Part shown: positions 40,358 through 48,670 of the stretch, in pieces
Layout of the letters: every line of letters starts with the position of its first letter
Position numbering within the stretch: the stretch's first letter is position 1
NCBI GenBank assembly: GCA_963667725.2
Contig: CAXXHO010000004.1
Coordinates: 32,001 to 96,000, forward strand
Length of the DNA: 64,000 bases
Source: Treponemataceae bacterium
GTDB taxonomy: Bacteria; Spirochaetota; Spirochaetia; Treponematales; Rectinemataceae
Direction: 5' to 3'
Position numbers and translations under genes: made by a program
Notes under the pieces: generated by a model
What the model was told of the DNA's origin: nothing
The model's input: the letters and a program-made list of their open reading frames with translations, nothing else
Databases searched by the model: none

Positions 40358-41698
40358 TTAACGACGCTCCAGCTTTTTGTTGACCGCGTCTTTGTCGAAG
40401 CGCTCCGGGACCCAGCGAATCCTGGGAGTCTTGGGGACGAACAGCGTGGCCGATGCCTCCGCTCGGAGTTCCTTATAGCCCTCGATGCCGCCGCAGTCTT
40501 CGGGGGGAGCGGCCATGGCGCCGTCCATGCAGACGCAGCGGGAAGTCCAGGCTTCCTCGCCTTGGAGCTTGTCCCGCGCCTTTACTTTTATAGAATGCAC
40601 CCAGTCATCACCGAAATCGTAGGTGTATTCGAGCGTATAGCCTACCTTGAGCCCAAGCTCGTCGAGGCTGACGATGTCGTCGGCGATGATCACGCGTTCC
40701 TCCTCATCCGAGAGCTCGCCGAATATCGCATGGTCATAGTGAAACTCATGGAGGTGATAGTCTTCCCAGCCGAAGGCGTCCTGCAGGCAGCGATGGAGGT
40801 CGGCGAGGGTCCGGTTGCCGGGGATGCGGAGGGTTCTGAAGATGCGCGGCTTGGTTCCCCGCAGGGCGATTTCCAGCTCATAGTAATACTTCGAGGGTAT
40901 GTACCCCTGGCGGGAGAGGGTGGCATGGTTGGAATCACGGCCTTTCGCCGGTATTTTCCTGGCGTGCCGCCGAGAGGACATAAGGGCTTCCAGGCCATCG
41001 AGGGTGGCGAGGTACGCTTTAAGGCCGGCCTGGCCTTGTTTCAGCACTTCGGCGAGGCGCGCTTTGTCGGAGCGCAGTGTTTCGTCGAGCTGATAGCACA
41101 GGTTGAGGAGCTCGTTCATTTTGGCGAGGTGCGTGGCGAGCTGTTTTTCTTCAGCTTCAGACGCTTCGTCCAGGTTGTGGCGAACGATGCGCATCCAGAG
41201 AAGGAAGCGTTCAAAAATCTCCATAAGGGCTTCGCGGAGATAGTTTGCCTGCGGGTTCTCAATGATGGAGAGATCGATGCCATCGAGGATGGCCTCCGCC
41301 GCGCCGCGCGCGCAGAGCCTCAGCGCTTTGCGTCCGGATTCGGGAATGCCCGTTACGCAGAGGCCCACGAGCGTTCGATCGATCGCACTTTCCATGAGCC
41401 GTTCCCGAAAGGCCGGGTCGGAGGCGAGCTTTTTCTTGGTGAGTTTGCCGATTGCCGCATAGTGTCCGAGTTCGACGGCGAGGAAGTTTTCAATATCGGC
41501 CGCATCAACCGAAAGGTCGTATTCCTCGGCGAGGTCGTGAAAGGGGTCGCGGGAGGGCAATGCGCCCTGGGTGATGTCTTGAAGCATTTCCTGCATGAGG
41601 GCCAGCTCTTTATCGGAGAGTCCCTCCAGCATGGCATTGAAGGCATTGCCGATCGTCGCGGCATCGAGGGGGTCTCTGCTCTTTTTCGTGGTTCCCAT
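40358..41698 (-). CDS. pRiA4b ORF-3 family protein, paralogue of 34316-35656
   Basis: Same length (446 aa), colinear and highly similar. Confidence 0.85.
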   Translation of the reverse strand: MGTTKKSRDPLDAATIGNAFNAMLEGLSDKELALMQEMLQDITQGALPSRDPFHDLAEEYDLSVDAADIENFLAVELGHYAAIGKLTKKKLASDPAFRERLMESAIDRTLVGLCVTGIPESGRKALRLCARGAAEAILDGIDLSIIENPQANYLREALMEIFERFLLWMRIVRHNLDEASEAEEKQLATHLAKMNELLNLCYQLDETLRSDKARLAEVLKQGQAGLKAYLATLDGLEALMSSRRHARKIPAKGRDSNHATLSRQGYIPSKYYYELEIALRGTKPRIFRTLRIPGNRTLADLHRCLQDAFGWEDYHLHEFHYDHAIFGELSDEEERVIIADDIVSLDELGLKVGYTLEYTYDFGDDWVHSIKVKARDKLQGEEAWTSRCVCMDGAMAAPPEDCGGIEGYKELRAEASATLFVPKTPRIRWVPERFDKDAVNKKLERR

Positions 41699-41740
41699 GG
41701 GTGTTTACTCTATGATGTTTCTTTGGTTTTTGCCAGAAGG

Positions 41741-41776
41741 TTTTCCTGGTAGTCCTGATGGTCCTGCTATCCTGTT
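41741..41776 (+). repeat. repeat A right half only
   Basis: TTTTCCTGGTAGTCCTGATGGTCCTGCTATCCTGTT. Confidence 0.75.
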
Positions 41777-41804
41777 AAAAAGTTGAAAATTGGGGTCTGA
41801 CCCC
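41777..41804. repeat. repeat B
   Basis: AAAAAGTTGAAAATTGGGGTCTGACCCC. Confidence 0.85.
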
Positions 41805-41808
41805 GAAG

Positions 41809-43122
41809 CTAGAGCGCCCACCAGGGGATGGCGGTGACTGTGTCGCTTATGCGAAGGGGATACGGGGCACGGCAAACGATGTATCCCTGAGGCGCGACGG
41901 CCTTATGATCCTGCAGGAACGCCTCGAGATGGCGCGCATCCTTTTTTGTCGGGTTTTCCGTCCATTTCACCTCTATCGGGACAAGCGCTCCCGCACGCTC
42001 CACGATAAAATCAATCTCAGCTCCGCCCGCGGTGCGATAATAGCTGAGTTTCGCGTCTCCGCGATAGGCAAGCCTCTTATAGAGCTCTATGCCCACCCAT
42101 TGTTCAAAAAGAGGGCCCGGGTTCGCGAGCACCGTGTCCGGACCGAAGGAAAGCCCCGCCAGCGCATTCCGCACGCCGAGATCGATGAAAAAGAATCGGG
42201 GGCTGGAAAGCGCGGTCTTGCGCGGGCTTCCGGAAAAAGCGGGTACCGTGAATCCAAGAAACATGTCCTCGAGAAGCTGATAATGCGCCTTGATCGTGGG
42301 CGAGGAGACTCCCGATTCTTTGGCGATCCCTGAAAAGTTGACAATGCTCCCCGATTCGGCGGCCGCGAGCGACAAGAATCGCAGGAAAGGCCCCCACGCC
42401 CTTATCTGCGCTTCCCGATGAAGCTCCTCCTCGACATACGCGCCCGCATAGGCGCGAAGCACGTCGCTCCTATCGGAGCGCTCGACCGCAATTCCGGGAA
42501 GATCGCCAAAAGTCATCCTATCCTCGAGGCTCCTCGGCGGAAAGGGTATCTTCAGGGAAGGTTCATCCTGAAGACAGGGAAGCAGGCTTCGCCTTCCGGC
42601 GAGTCGGTCGATAGGATATCCCACGGGGATCGTTTGTTCGTACTCGGCGCTGGTGAGCGGATAGAGTCGATGCATGAAGCTTCTGCCGGGGAGCAAATTG
42701 GCGCCGATGCGCCTGAGCCGCCGCGCCGAGCTCCCGCAAAGTATGAAACGGCTGCGCCGCTCTTCCGGCAAAATTCGTTTTTCCTCATCGTAAAGAAATT
42801 GGACCGCATCGAAAAGCTCCGGTACGGTTTGGGCCTCGTCAAGGAAGACCCATCGCGGAGTACCCGCGCGAGGGTTCCCCGAATCGGGGAGCGCTCGGTA
42901 AAGATCGATGAACCTCCCGGGAGCGGCGGCGAACCGCATCCGCAGGGAGGGATCGGAAAAATCGAAGACGAGCGCATCGGAGGGAATACAGCTTCTAATG
43001 AGCGTCGATTTCCCCGTTTGACGAGCGCCGAACATGATATGGACATAGGGCGCCGCCAATTTTTTAGAAAACTCCCCGAAATAAAGTCGATCGAACAGTT
43101 CCATATCCGAATCATCGAACAT
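41809..43122 (-). CDS. AAA_14/DUF4143 ATPase
   Basis: GARQTGKST, LDEAQ, GSSARRL...NLLPGR, GAEIDF..PIEVK. Confidence 0.9.
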   Translation of the reverse strand: MFDDSDMELFDRLYFGEFSKKLAAPYVHIMFGARQTGKSTLIRSCIPSDALVFDFSDPSLRMRFAAAPGRFIDLYRALPDSGNPRAGTPRWVFLDEAQTVPELFDAVQFLYDEEKRILPEERRSRFILCGSSARRLRRIGANLLPGRSFMHRLYPLTSAEYEQTIPVGYPIDRLAGRRSLLPCLQDEPSLKIPFPPRSLEDRMTFGDLPGIAVERSDRSDVLRAYAGAYVEEELHREAQIRAWGPFLRFLSLAAAESGSIVNFSGIAKESGVSSPTIKAHYQLLEDMFLGFTVPAFSGSPRKTALSSPRFFFIDLGVRNALAGLSFGPDTVLANPGPLFEQWVGIELYKRLAYRGDAKLSYYRTAGGAEIDFIVERAGALVPIEVKWTENPTKKDARHLEAFLQDHKAVAPQGYIVCRAPYPLRISDTVTAIPWWAL

Positions 43123-43190
43123 TTGCCCAGAATTGTAAACTATTACTTTAAATAATTTGAGTATTTTTAAAGTGTTGCTTTTAATTTGTT

Positions 43191-43374
43191 GACAAGACAG
43201 GATTACAGGATGGGACAGGATTTACAGGAAGGAGTTTCGGGTTAGGAAAGAGGACGCTGCGCGCTTCTCGGAGCTTGGCGCGGTTACCGCGGTTACCTAT
43301 CGCTGGACTTCTCTTTCTTGACCAAAGGCGCTTTCCTGTAGGTCCTGAAGGTCCTGTCGTCCTGTCGTCCTGTC
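43191..43374 (+). repeat. repeat A copy
   Basis: GACAAGACAGGATTACAGG...TCCTGTCGTCCTGTCGTCCTGTC. Confidence 0.95.
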
Positions 43375-43460
43375 CTTGGGCTTCTTGAATTACGGGAAGC
43401 CGCGGAGATACTTAAACTTATCGGAGTTTCCATTTTCCACGCATCACCGCCTGGGAGGAA

Positions 43461-44438
43461 ATGATGAACAAAAAGGCTACCCGGCATTTTGGATTCCCGT
43501 CGATCATCCTGGCGCTCCTCGCGCTGGCGGCATGGGGCGCGCTGGCCGCCTGCAGCCTGGACACCTACGAACCCAAGGAAAACGAAGTGAAGGTGACCAT
43601 CTCGGGCCTGGGCGACAAGGCCGTCCTTGCCCGCGAAAGCCTTGGCGCCGAGAAGGCGCGGGGCTTCGCGGCGTCCTGGGTGAAGGTGGCGGTGATCGAC
43701 GGCGACGGCGCCCAAACCGGATCGGGCAGCCTCGCCCTGGAGAACGGCGTCTGGGAAGGCTACGTCCAGCTGTCCGGCCCGGGCGCGATGACCTTCATCG
43801 TCTCCGCCGGAACGGCGGCAGACCAGGTCTCGTGGATGGGCAACGGCGCCCTGACCGTCGGCGGGAAAGGCCAGGAGATCACCGTGACGGTGACGGTGCC
43901 CGCCCTCGGCGCGAAGGGCCCCGCCGGCGGCTCGATCTTCTACGACAAGGGCAGCTACTCGAACGGCTGGCGATACCTGGAAGCCTCGCCCACCGACACC
44001 GCGGCGACGGCCTCCGTTTCCGACAATGGGTACCGGCTCTGGGCGGCCCAGACAACCTATGTCGTGGGCAACACCTACGCGGGGATCGGCTACGGCAAGG
44101 AGAACACGGACTGGATCCAGGCCGCGGGCAACGCCACGATGTACCCGGCCGCCTGGTATTGCGCCGAATTGGAATGCGGCGGCGCGGCCGACTGGTTCCT
44201 GCCCTCGTGGGACGAGCTTGCCGAGATGCGGAAGGTCATCGGCCACGCCGGCTTCCATGTCGAGTATCAAGGCGCCTTTTGGTCTTCGACCGAGCGGACG
44301 GCCCTGGACGGCGGCACGGACGCGGCCTACTACGTCTACACAGACGCCTACAAGACGACGAAGGGTCCGGCGCTGAAGACCAACGCGGACGTGTACGTGA
44401 AGGCCGCGCGGCGGTTTTTATGTAAGAGGACAGGATGA
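43461..44438 (+). CDS. lipoprotein with C-terminal DUF1566/Lcl-like domain
   Basis: Signal peptide with LAAC lipobox; GPAGG.IFYDKG...WRYLEA.P, DWFLPS.DEL, FWSSTE; GGAGG SD. Confidence 0.7.
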   Translation: MMNKKATRHFGFPSIILALLALAAWGALAACSLDTYEPKENEVKVTISGLGDKAVLARESLGAEKARGFAASWVKVAVIDGDGAQTGSGSLALENGVWEGYVQLSGPGAMTFIVSAGTAADQVSWMGNGALTVGGKGQEITVTVTVPALGAKGPAGGSIFYDKGSYSNGWRYLEASPTDTAATASVSDNGYRLWAAQTTYVVGNTYAGIGYGKENTDWIQAAGNATMYPAAWYCAELECGGAADWFLPSWDELAEMRKVIGHAGFHVEYQGAFWSSTERTALDGGTDAAYYVYTDAYKTTKGPALKTNADVYVKAARRFLCKRTG

Positions 44439-44593
44439 CGGGAATGGGACAGGATTTACTGAGAGAATGTTTTTGGGTTAGGAAAGACGACGTTGTGCGC
44501 TTCTCGGGGACTGGCACGGTTGCCTATCGCCGCGCTTCTCTTTCTTGACCAAAGGTTCTTTCCTGTAGGTCCTGATGGTCCTGTCGTCCTGTC
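44429..44593 (+). repeat. repeat A copy
   Basis: Full copy; supplies TG* to the lipoprotein gene. Confidence 0.95.
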
Positions 44594-44645
44594 AGATTCC
44601 CGAAGAGGGAGCCGGACCATCGGGCTGGCTGCGCTAGCGCTTCAG

Positions 44646-44984
44646 TCATGCCTTTGAGAGTTCGTTTTCAAGCGCTTTCTGCATGAGCTGGTTCAGGGAG
44701 ATCCCCTGCTCCACCGCCGTTCGCTTTGCTCTTTTATGCAGTTCGGGCGATATTCTCACGTTGAAGCTTCCCTTATAGGATTTTTCAGTTTCCTTTTCCT
44801 CTCGCTTGCAGGTTTCAAGATAGTCTTCAACGGATTCCTTAAAGGCGGATTTGAGGGCGTCGACGCTTTTCGCCTCAAAGGTCACCAAGTCGTCTATCCC
44901 TTCCAGCTTGCCATAGAAGATTTCGTCTTCAGCGCAGTAATGTACCGAGCCCATATAGTCTTTATAGGTAAGAACGTCTTTCAT
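44646..44984 (-). CDS. hicB: HicB-family antitoxin (orphan)
   Basis: YKDY.GSV, F.GK..GI.DLVTFE, F..SVEDYL..C, YKGSFNVRISPELH, SLN. Confidence 0.9.
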   Translation of the reverse strand: MKDVLTYKDYMGSVHYCAEDEIFYGKLEGIDDLVTFEAKSVDALKSAFKESVEDYLETCKREEKETEKSYKGSFNVRISPELHKRAKRTAVEQGISLNQLMQKALENELSKA

Positions 44985-44998
44985 TGTCTTTATTATAC

Positions 44999-45157
44999 GA
45001 CAGGACTACGGGATGGGACAGGATTTACAAGAAGGAGCTTTTAGGTTAGGAGGGCGCGCGGCGCTTATCGGAGCCTATTTAGGTTATGCATACTTGCTCT
45101 TCTCTTTCTTAACCAAAGGTTCTTTCCTGTAGGTCCTGATGGTCCTGTCGTCCTGTC
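44999..45157 (+). repeat. repeat A copy
   Basis: Full copy with a distinct loop. Confidence 0.95.
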
Positions 45158-45537
45158 GTGGTTTTGGGCGTGTAGTCGCGGTACTTGCGCTTGAAGGTGA
45201 TGTCCTGGGGGCCGAAGTTGATCACGAGGCCGGTGGGGGTGTCCGTGGCCTTGAGGTAGTTCACGAGCTGGACTTCGTGGGCTTTGGCGATGGCCTCGAC
45301 GGCTTTGAGCTCGAGGATCACGCGGCCTTTGACGATGACGTCGGCGAAGAAGGAGCCGATGACGGTTCCGTCGTAGAAGACGTCGATGGGCGCCTCGATG
45401 ATGAAGGGCAAGGCGGCTTTGTGCAGTTCCATGGCCATGGCTTGCTTGTAGACGGATTCCAGGAAGCCGGCGCCGAGGGTGTTGTACACCTTGAACGCGC
45501 ACCCGATGATTTTTTCCGTGAGCGGGTCGTCGATCAT
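45109..45537 (-). CDS. GxxExxY protein (PD-(D/E)XK-like nuclease fold)
   Basis: LGAGFLESVY, ADVIV...ILELKA, QLVNYLKAT...GLVINFG. Confidence 0.95.
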   Translation of the reverse strand: MIDDPLTEKIIGCAFKVYNTLGAGFLESVYKQAMAMELHKAALPFIIEAPIDVFYDGTVIGSFFADVIVKGRVILELKAVEAIAKAHEVQLVNYLKATDTPTGLVINFGPQDITFKRKYRDYTPKTTTGRQDHQDLQERTFG

Positions 45538-45581
45538 GCTAATATTCCGCGCAAAGATAGGGCTCTTGATTCAAATAATTG

Positions 45582-45744
45582 GACAGGACGACAGGAATGG
45601 GACAGGATTCACAGGAAGCGTTTTTGGGTTAAGAGAGCGCGCGGCTCTTCTCTTAACCCTTTTTCATTTTCTCCGCTCTTCTCTTCTCTTTCTTTCTTAA
45701 TCAAAAGCTTTTTCCTGTCAGTCTTGGGGTCCTGTTATCCTGTC
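45582..45744 (+). repeat. repeat A copy
   Basis: Full copy; supplies TG* to the CocE gene. Confidence 0.95.
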
Positions 45745-47618
45745 CTACTAGGAAGGAAGAGGCGGGAGGGGTGCTCCGGCCCCAGATGCAGGGCGTTCGT
45801 CGCCGCACGCCAGGTGCGGGAGGAGCCCTCGGGCTCGCCTGTGTTGGGGTTGACGTCGAAGTGGGGGAAGTTGGAGCTGGAGACGTCCAGCCGGATGCGG
45901 TGGCCGGCGGCGAAGAGGTTGCTGGTGGGGAAGGCGCGCACCGTGACCCTGTAGATCCTGCCGGGCTGCAGGGGCTCGGGCGATTCCCAGGAGTCGCGGT
46001 AGCGGGCGCGCAGGATGCCGTCCGTGAGGTTCATGGCGAAGCCGCGGGGATAGTCGGCGGAGGGCGGGTAGACGTCGATCAGCTTGATGGTGAAGTCGGT
46101 GTCCGGGCAGTCGGAGGAGATCCAGAGCTCGGCCTCGATGGGGCCGGTCACCTCGAGGGCGCTCGCCAGGGGCTCGGTTTGGAAGACGAGGATGTCGGGG
46201 CGCGCCGCGAGGGGGAGGCCGGGGTGGGAGCAGCCGAAGAAGCGTTCGTCTTCGACTTGGTCGAAGGCGCCGCCGCGCATGATGGGTTCGCCGGAGGTGA
46301 TGGAGCCGCCGATGGAGGGGACGGGGTCGCGGGGGTCGTAGCGGTAGGCGATCGAGGTTTCCTCTTGTGGCGGCGTGTCGCCCAGGAGCCCGCCGGGGAG
46401 GAGGTGGAGGGCTCGGCGCTCGGCGTCGGGCAGGGGCCAGTCGGGGGCGCTGCGCCATTCGCCGCCGTGCTCGAGCCGGCCCTGGGCGTTTTTGCGGCCG
46501 GAGCCGCCGCCCATGCGGAAATAGCGCACAGGGAGATCGGATTGGGCCGCGCCGGAGGCGGGGGCTTTGAGCCAGCGGTCGAACCAGGTGAGGCGGAGCT
46601 GGAGGAAGTCGGGGGCCACGTTCCCCTCCAGGGGGGCGCGGGGGCCGAAATCGACGTCGCCCGCATAGGTGAGGCAGCGGTCGCCGTGGGTCCAGGGGCC
46701 AAGGATGAGGGCCAGGGGGCCTTTGCCTCGCCGCTTGAGGTCCTGGTAGTTCTCGGTGGCGGTGCGGGGGTAGGGGTCGTACCAGCTGGACATGTGGACC
46801 ATGGGGATGGCCGCGAAGCCGTCCATGTAGGCGGCGGCGCAGATGCCGAGCCGGCGCCAGAATTCGTCGTACCGGCCGTGGCCCCACTGCTCCAATAAAT
46901 AGTCCTCGAAGTCGGGGAGCCAGCGCAGGGGGGACTGGCCGGCGCGCCAGGGGAGGGCGCGGAACCAGGCGCGGATGTGGGCGAATTCGGACTCCAGCGC
47001 GCCCTTGACGAGGGGGTCGGCAGCGGCCTCGGGGCTCTGGATGGCCTGGCGCATGGCCCAGGTGGCCTGCTTGAGCTCGAAGGCCCCGCCCTGCCTGATG
47101 CCGCCCTGGTAGGCGTCGTGAAAGCCGCCGGAGTCGACGAACATGGCCTTGAGGGCGGTGGGCGCCAGGCAGGCGGCGGCCACTTGGGTGTGGGCCGCAT
47201 AGGAGAGGCCCATAGTGCCGACCTTGCCGTCACACCAGCTCTGGGCGGCGATCCAGGCGATGGCGTCGTAGCCGTCCTCGCCTTCGGAGAGGTATTTGGT
47301 GAAGGTTCCTTCCGAGCGGTGGGTGCCGCGGCAGTCCTGGTAGACGAAGGCGTAGCCCCGCTCGACGAAGTAGGCGGCCACTTCAGCGCGGCCGAGGGGC
47401 TGGGGGTTGGCGACGCTCCGCTCCGAGCGGGAGGGGGCGGTTTTGTCGTAGGGGGTGCGCTCGAGGATGACGGGGAAAGACCCTGGGAGAGCGGCTTGGC
47501 CGCCGCTCTCCCCGCCGGCCGCGGCGGGCAGGTAGACGTCGGTGGCGAGGCGGACGCCGTCGCGCATCGGGACCATGACGTTGGAAAGGAGCACGTAGGT
47601 TTTCTTCGTTTCGGGCAT
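45735..47618 (-). CDS. CocE/NonD family hydrolase
   Basis: MRDGVRLATDVYLP, RTPY, QDCRG..SEG, GLSY, GPWTH; start ATG 47618 with GGAGG SD. Confidence 0.9.
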   Translation of the reverse strand: MPETKKTYVLLSNVMVPMRDGVRLATDVYLPAAAGGESGGQAALPGSFPVILERTPYDKTAPSRSERSVANPQPLGRAEVAAYFVERGYAFVYQDCRGTHRSEGTFTKYLSEGEDGYDAIAWIAAQSWCDGKVGTMGLSYAAHTQVAAACLAPTALKAMFVDSGGFHDAYQGGIRQGGAFELKQATWAMRQAIQSPEAAADPLVKGALESEFAHIRAWFRALPWRAGQSPLRWLPDFEDYLLEQWGHGRYDEFWRRLGICAAAYMDGFAAIPMVHMSSWYDPYPRTATENYQDLKRRGKGPLALILGPWTHGDRCLTYAGDVDFGPRAPLEGNVAPDFLQLRLTWFDRWLKAPASGAAQSDLPVRYFRMGGGSGRKNAQGRLEHGGEWRSAPDWPLPDAERRALHLLPGGLLGDTPPQEETSIAYRYDPRDPVPSIGGSITSGEPIMRGGAFDQVEDERFFGCSHPGLPLAARPDILVFQTEPLASALEVTGPIEAELWISSDCPDTDFTIKLIDVYPPSADYPRGFAMNLTDGILRARYRDSWESPEPLQPGRIYRVTVRAFPTSNLFAAGHRIRLDVSSSNFPHFDVNPNTGEPEGSSRTWRAATNALHLGPEHPSRLFLPSRTG

Positions 47619-47643
47619 GGTGCCTCCGTTATTTCGGCCGCTC

Positions 47644-47676
47644 GTTAAAAAACGGGGTCTGACCCCGATTTTTAAC
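47644..47676. repeat. repeat B, extended palindrome
   Basis: GTTAAAAAACGGGGTC-T-GACCCCGATTTTTAAC; contains the stop of the oppF-like gene. Confidence 0.85.
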
Positions 47677-48670
47677 TTTTCGTGTTGAGGTGGCAGGCGG
47701 AGCGGCGGCCTGGAGCGATCTCCGCCAGCGCCGGCGCCGCCTCGCGGCAGAGGGGCATGGCGTGGGGGCAGCGGGGGTGGAAGTGGCAGCCGGGGGGCGG
47801 GTCCAGGGGCGAGGGAATCTCGCCCTTGACGGGGCGGTAGGCGGCCTTGCGGTCCTCGATCTTTGGCACCTGGCTTAAGAGGGCCTGGGTATAGGGGTGG
47901 TTGGGCGCGGCGAAGAGCTCCGCGGCGGGGCCTTCCTCGACCAGGCGGCCCAGGTACATGACCATGACGCGGTCGGAGATGTGCTTGACCACGCCGATGG
48001 AGTGGCTGACGAAGAGGTAGCTCAAGGAAAGTTCCTCGCGGAGCTTCATGAAGAGGTTGAGGATCTGGGCTTGGATGGAGACGTCCAGGGAGGCGACGGC
48101 CTCGTCGGCGACGATCAGCTCGGGGCGCACGGCCAGGGCGCGGGCGATGCCGACGCGCTGGCGCTGGCCGCCGGAGAACTGGTGGGGGTAGCGGTCCATG
48201 TAGGCCGGGTCCAGGCCGCAGCGGGAGAGGGTCTCGGCCACCCATGCGTCGAGGTTTTCCGCGGGCACGAGGCCGTGGACGAGGGGGGCTTCGCCGACGA
48301 TGTCCCGCACGCGGAGGCGGGGGTTGAGGGAGGCGTAGGGGTCCTGGAAGATCATCTGGGCGCCCAGGGCCTTGAGGCGCTCAGTTTTGGTGCGGGCGTC
48401 GGCCAGGGAGACGCCGTTGTACAGGACCTTGCCCGCGCTGGGCGGAAGGAGGCCGACGGCCATGCGGCCCAGGGTGGACTTGCCGCAGCCGGACTCGCCG
48501 ACGAAGCCCACGACTTCGCCCCGGGCGAGGGTGAAGCTGACGTTGTCCACGGCGCGGACGGCGCGCTCGTCGACATGGCCGCCGAGGCGTTTGACGATCT
48601 TGGCGGGCAGGTCGAGTTTCTTGGAAAAGACTTTGGAGACGCCCTCGACGGTGAGGATGGGATCGCTCAT
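47672..48670 (-). CDS. oligo/dipeptide ABC transporter ATP-binding protein (OppF/DppF-like)
   Basis: GESGCGKST, FSGGQRQR, HPYT, GC.FHPRC. Confidence 0.9.
   Translation of the reverse strand: MSDPILTVEGVSKVFSKKLDLPAKIVKRLGGHVDERAVRAVDNVSFTLARGEVVGFVGESGCGKSTLGRMAVGLLPPSAGKVLYNGVSLADARTKTERLKALGAQMIFQDPYASLNPRLRVRDIVGEAPLVHGLVPAENLDAWVAETLSRCGLDPAYMDRYPHQFSGGQRQRVGIARALAVRPELIVADEAVASLDVSIQAQILNLFMKLREELSLSYLFVSHSIGVVKHISDRVMVMYLGRLVEEGPAAELFAAPNHPYTQALLSQVPKIEDRKAAYRPVKGEIPSPLDPPPGCHFHPRCPHAMPLCREAAPALAEIAPGRRSACHLNTKS

Noticed and set aside
44270..44430. Complete diversity-generating retroelement
   Set aside because: No reverse transcriptase or template repeat seen in the window
33233..45744. 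CRISPR array
   Set aside because: Repeats are 120-185 bp and variable, and are separated by whole genes; no cas genes
33233..45744. Classical integron with attC sites
   Set aside because: No tyrosine integrase in the window; GTTAGGA and TCTTAAC occur inside repeat A but in the order GTT...AAC, opposite to attC (RYYYAAC...GTTRRRY), and cassettes have their own promoters
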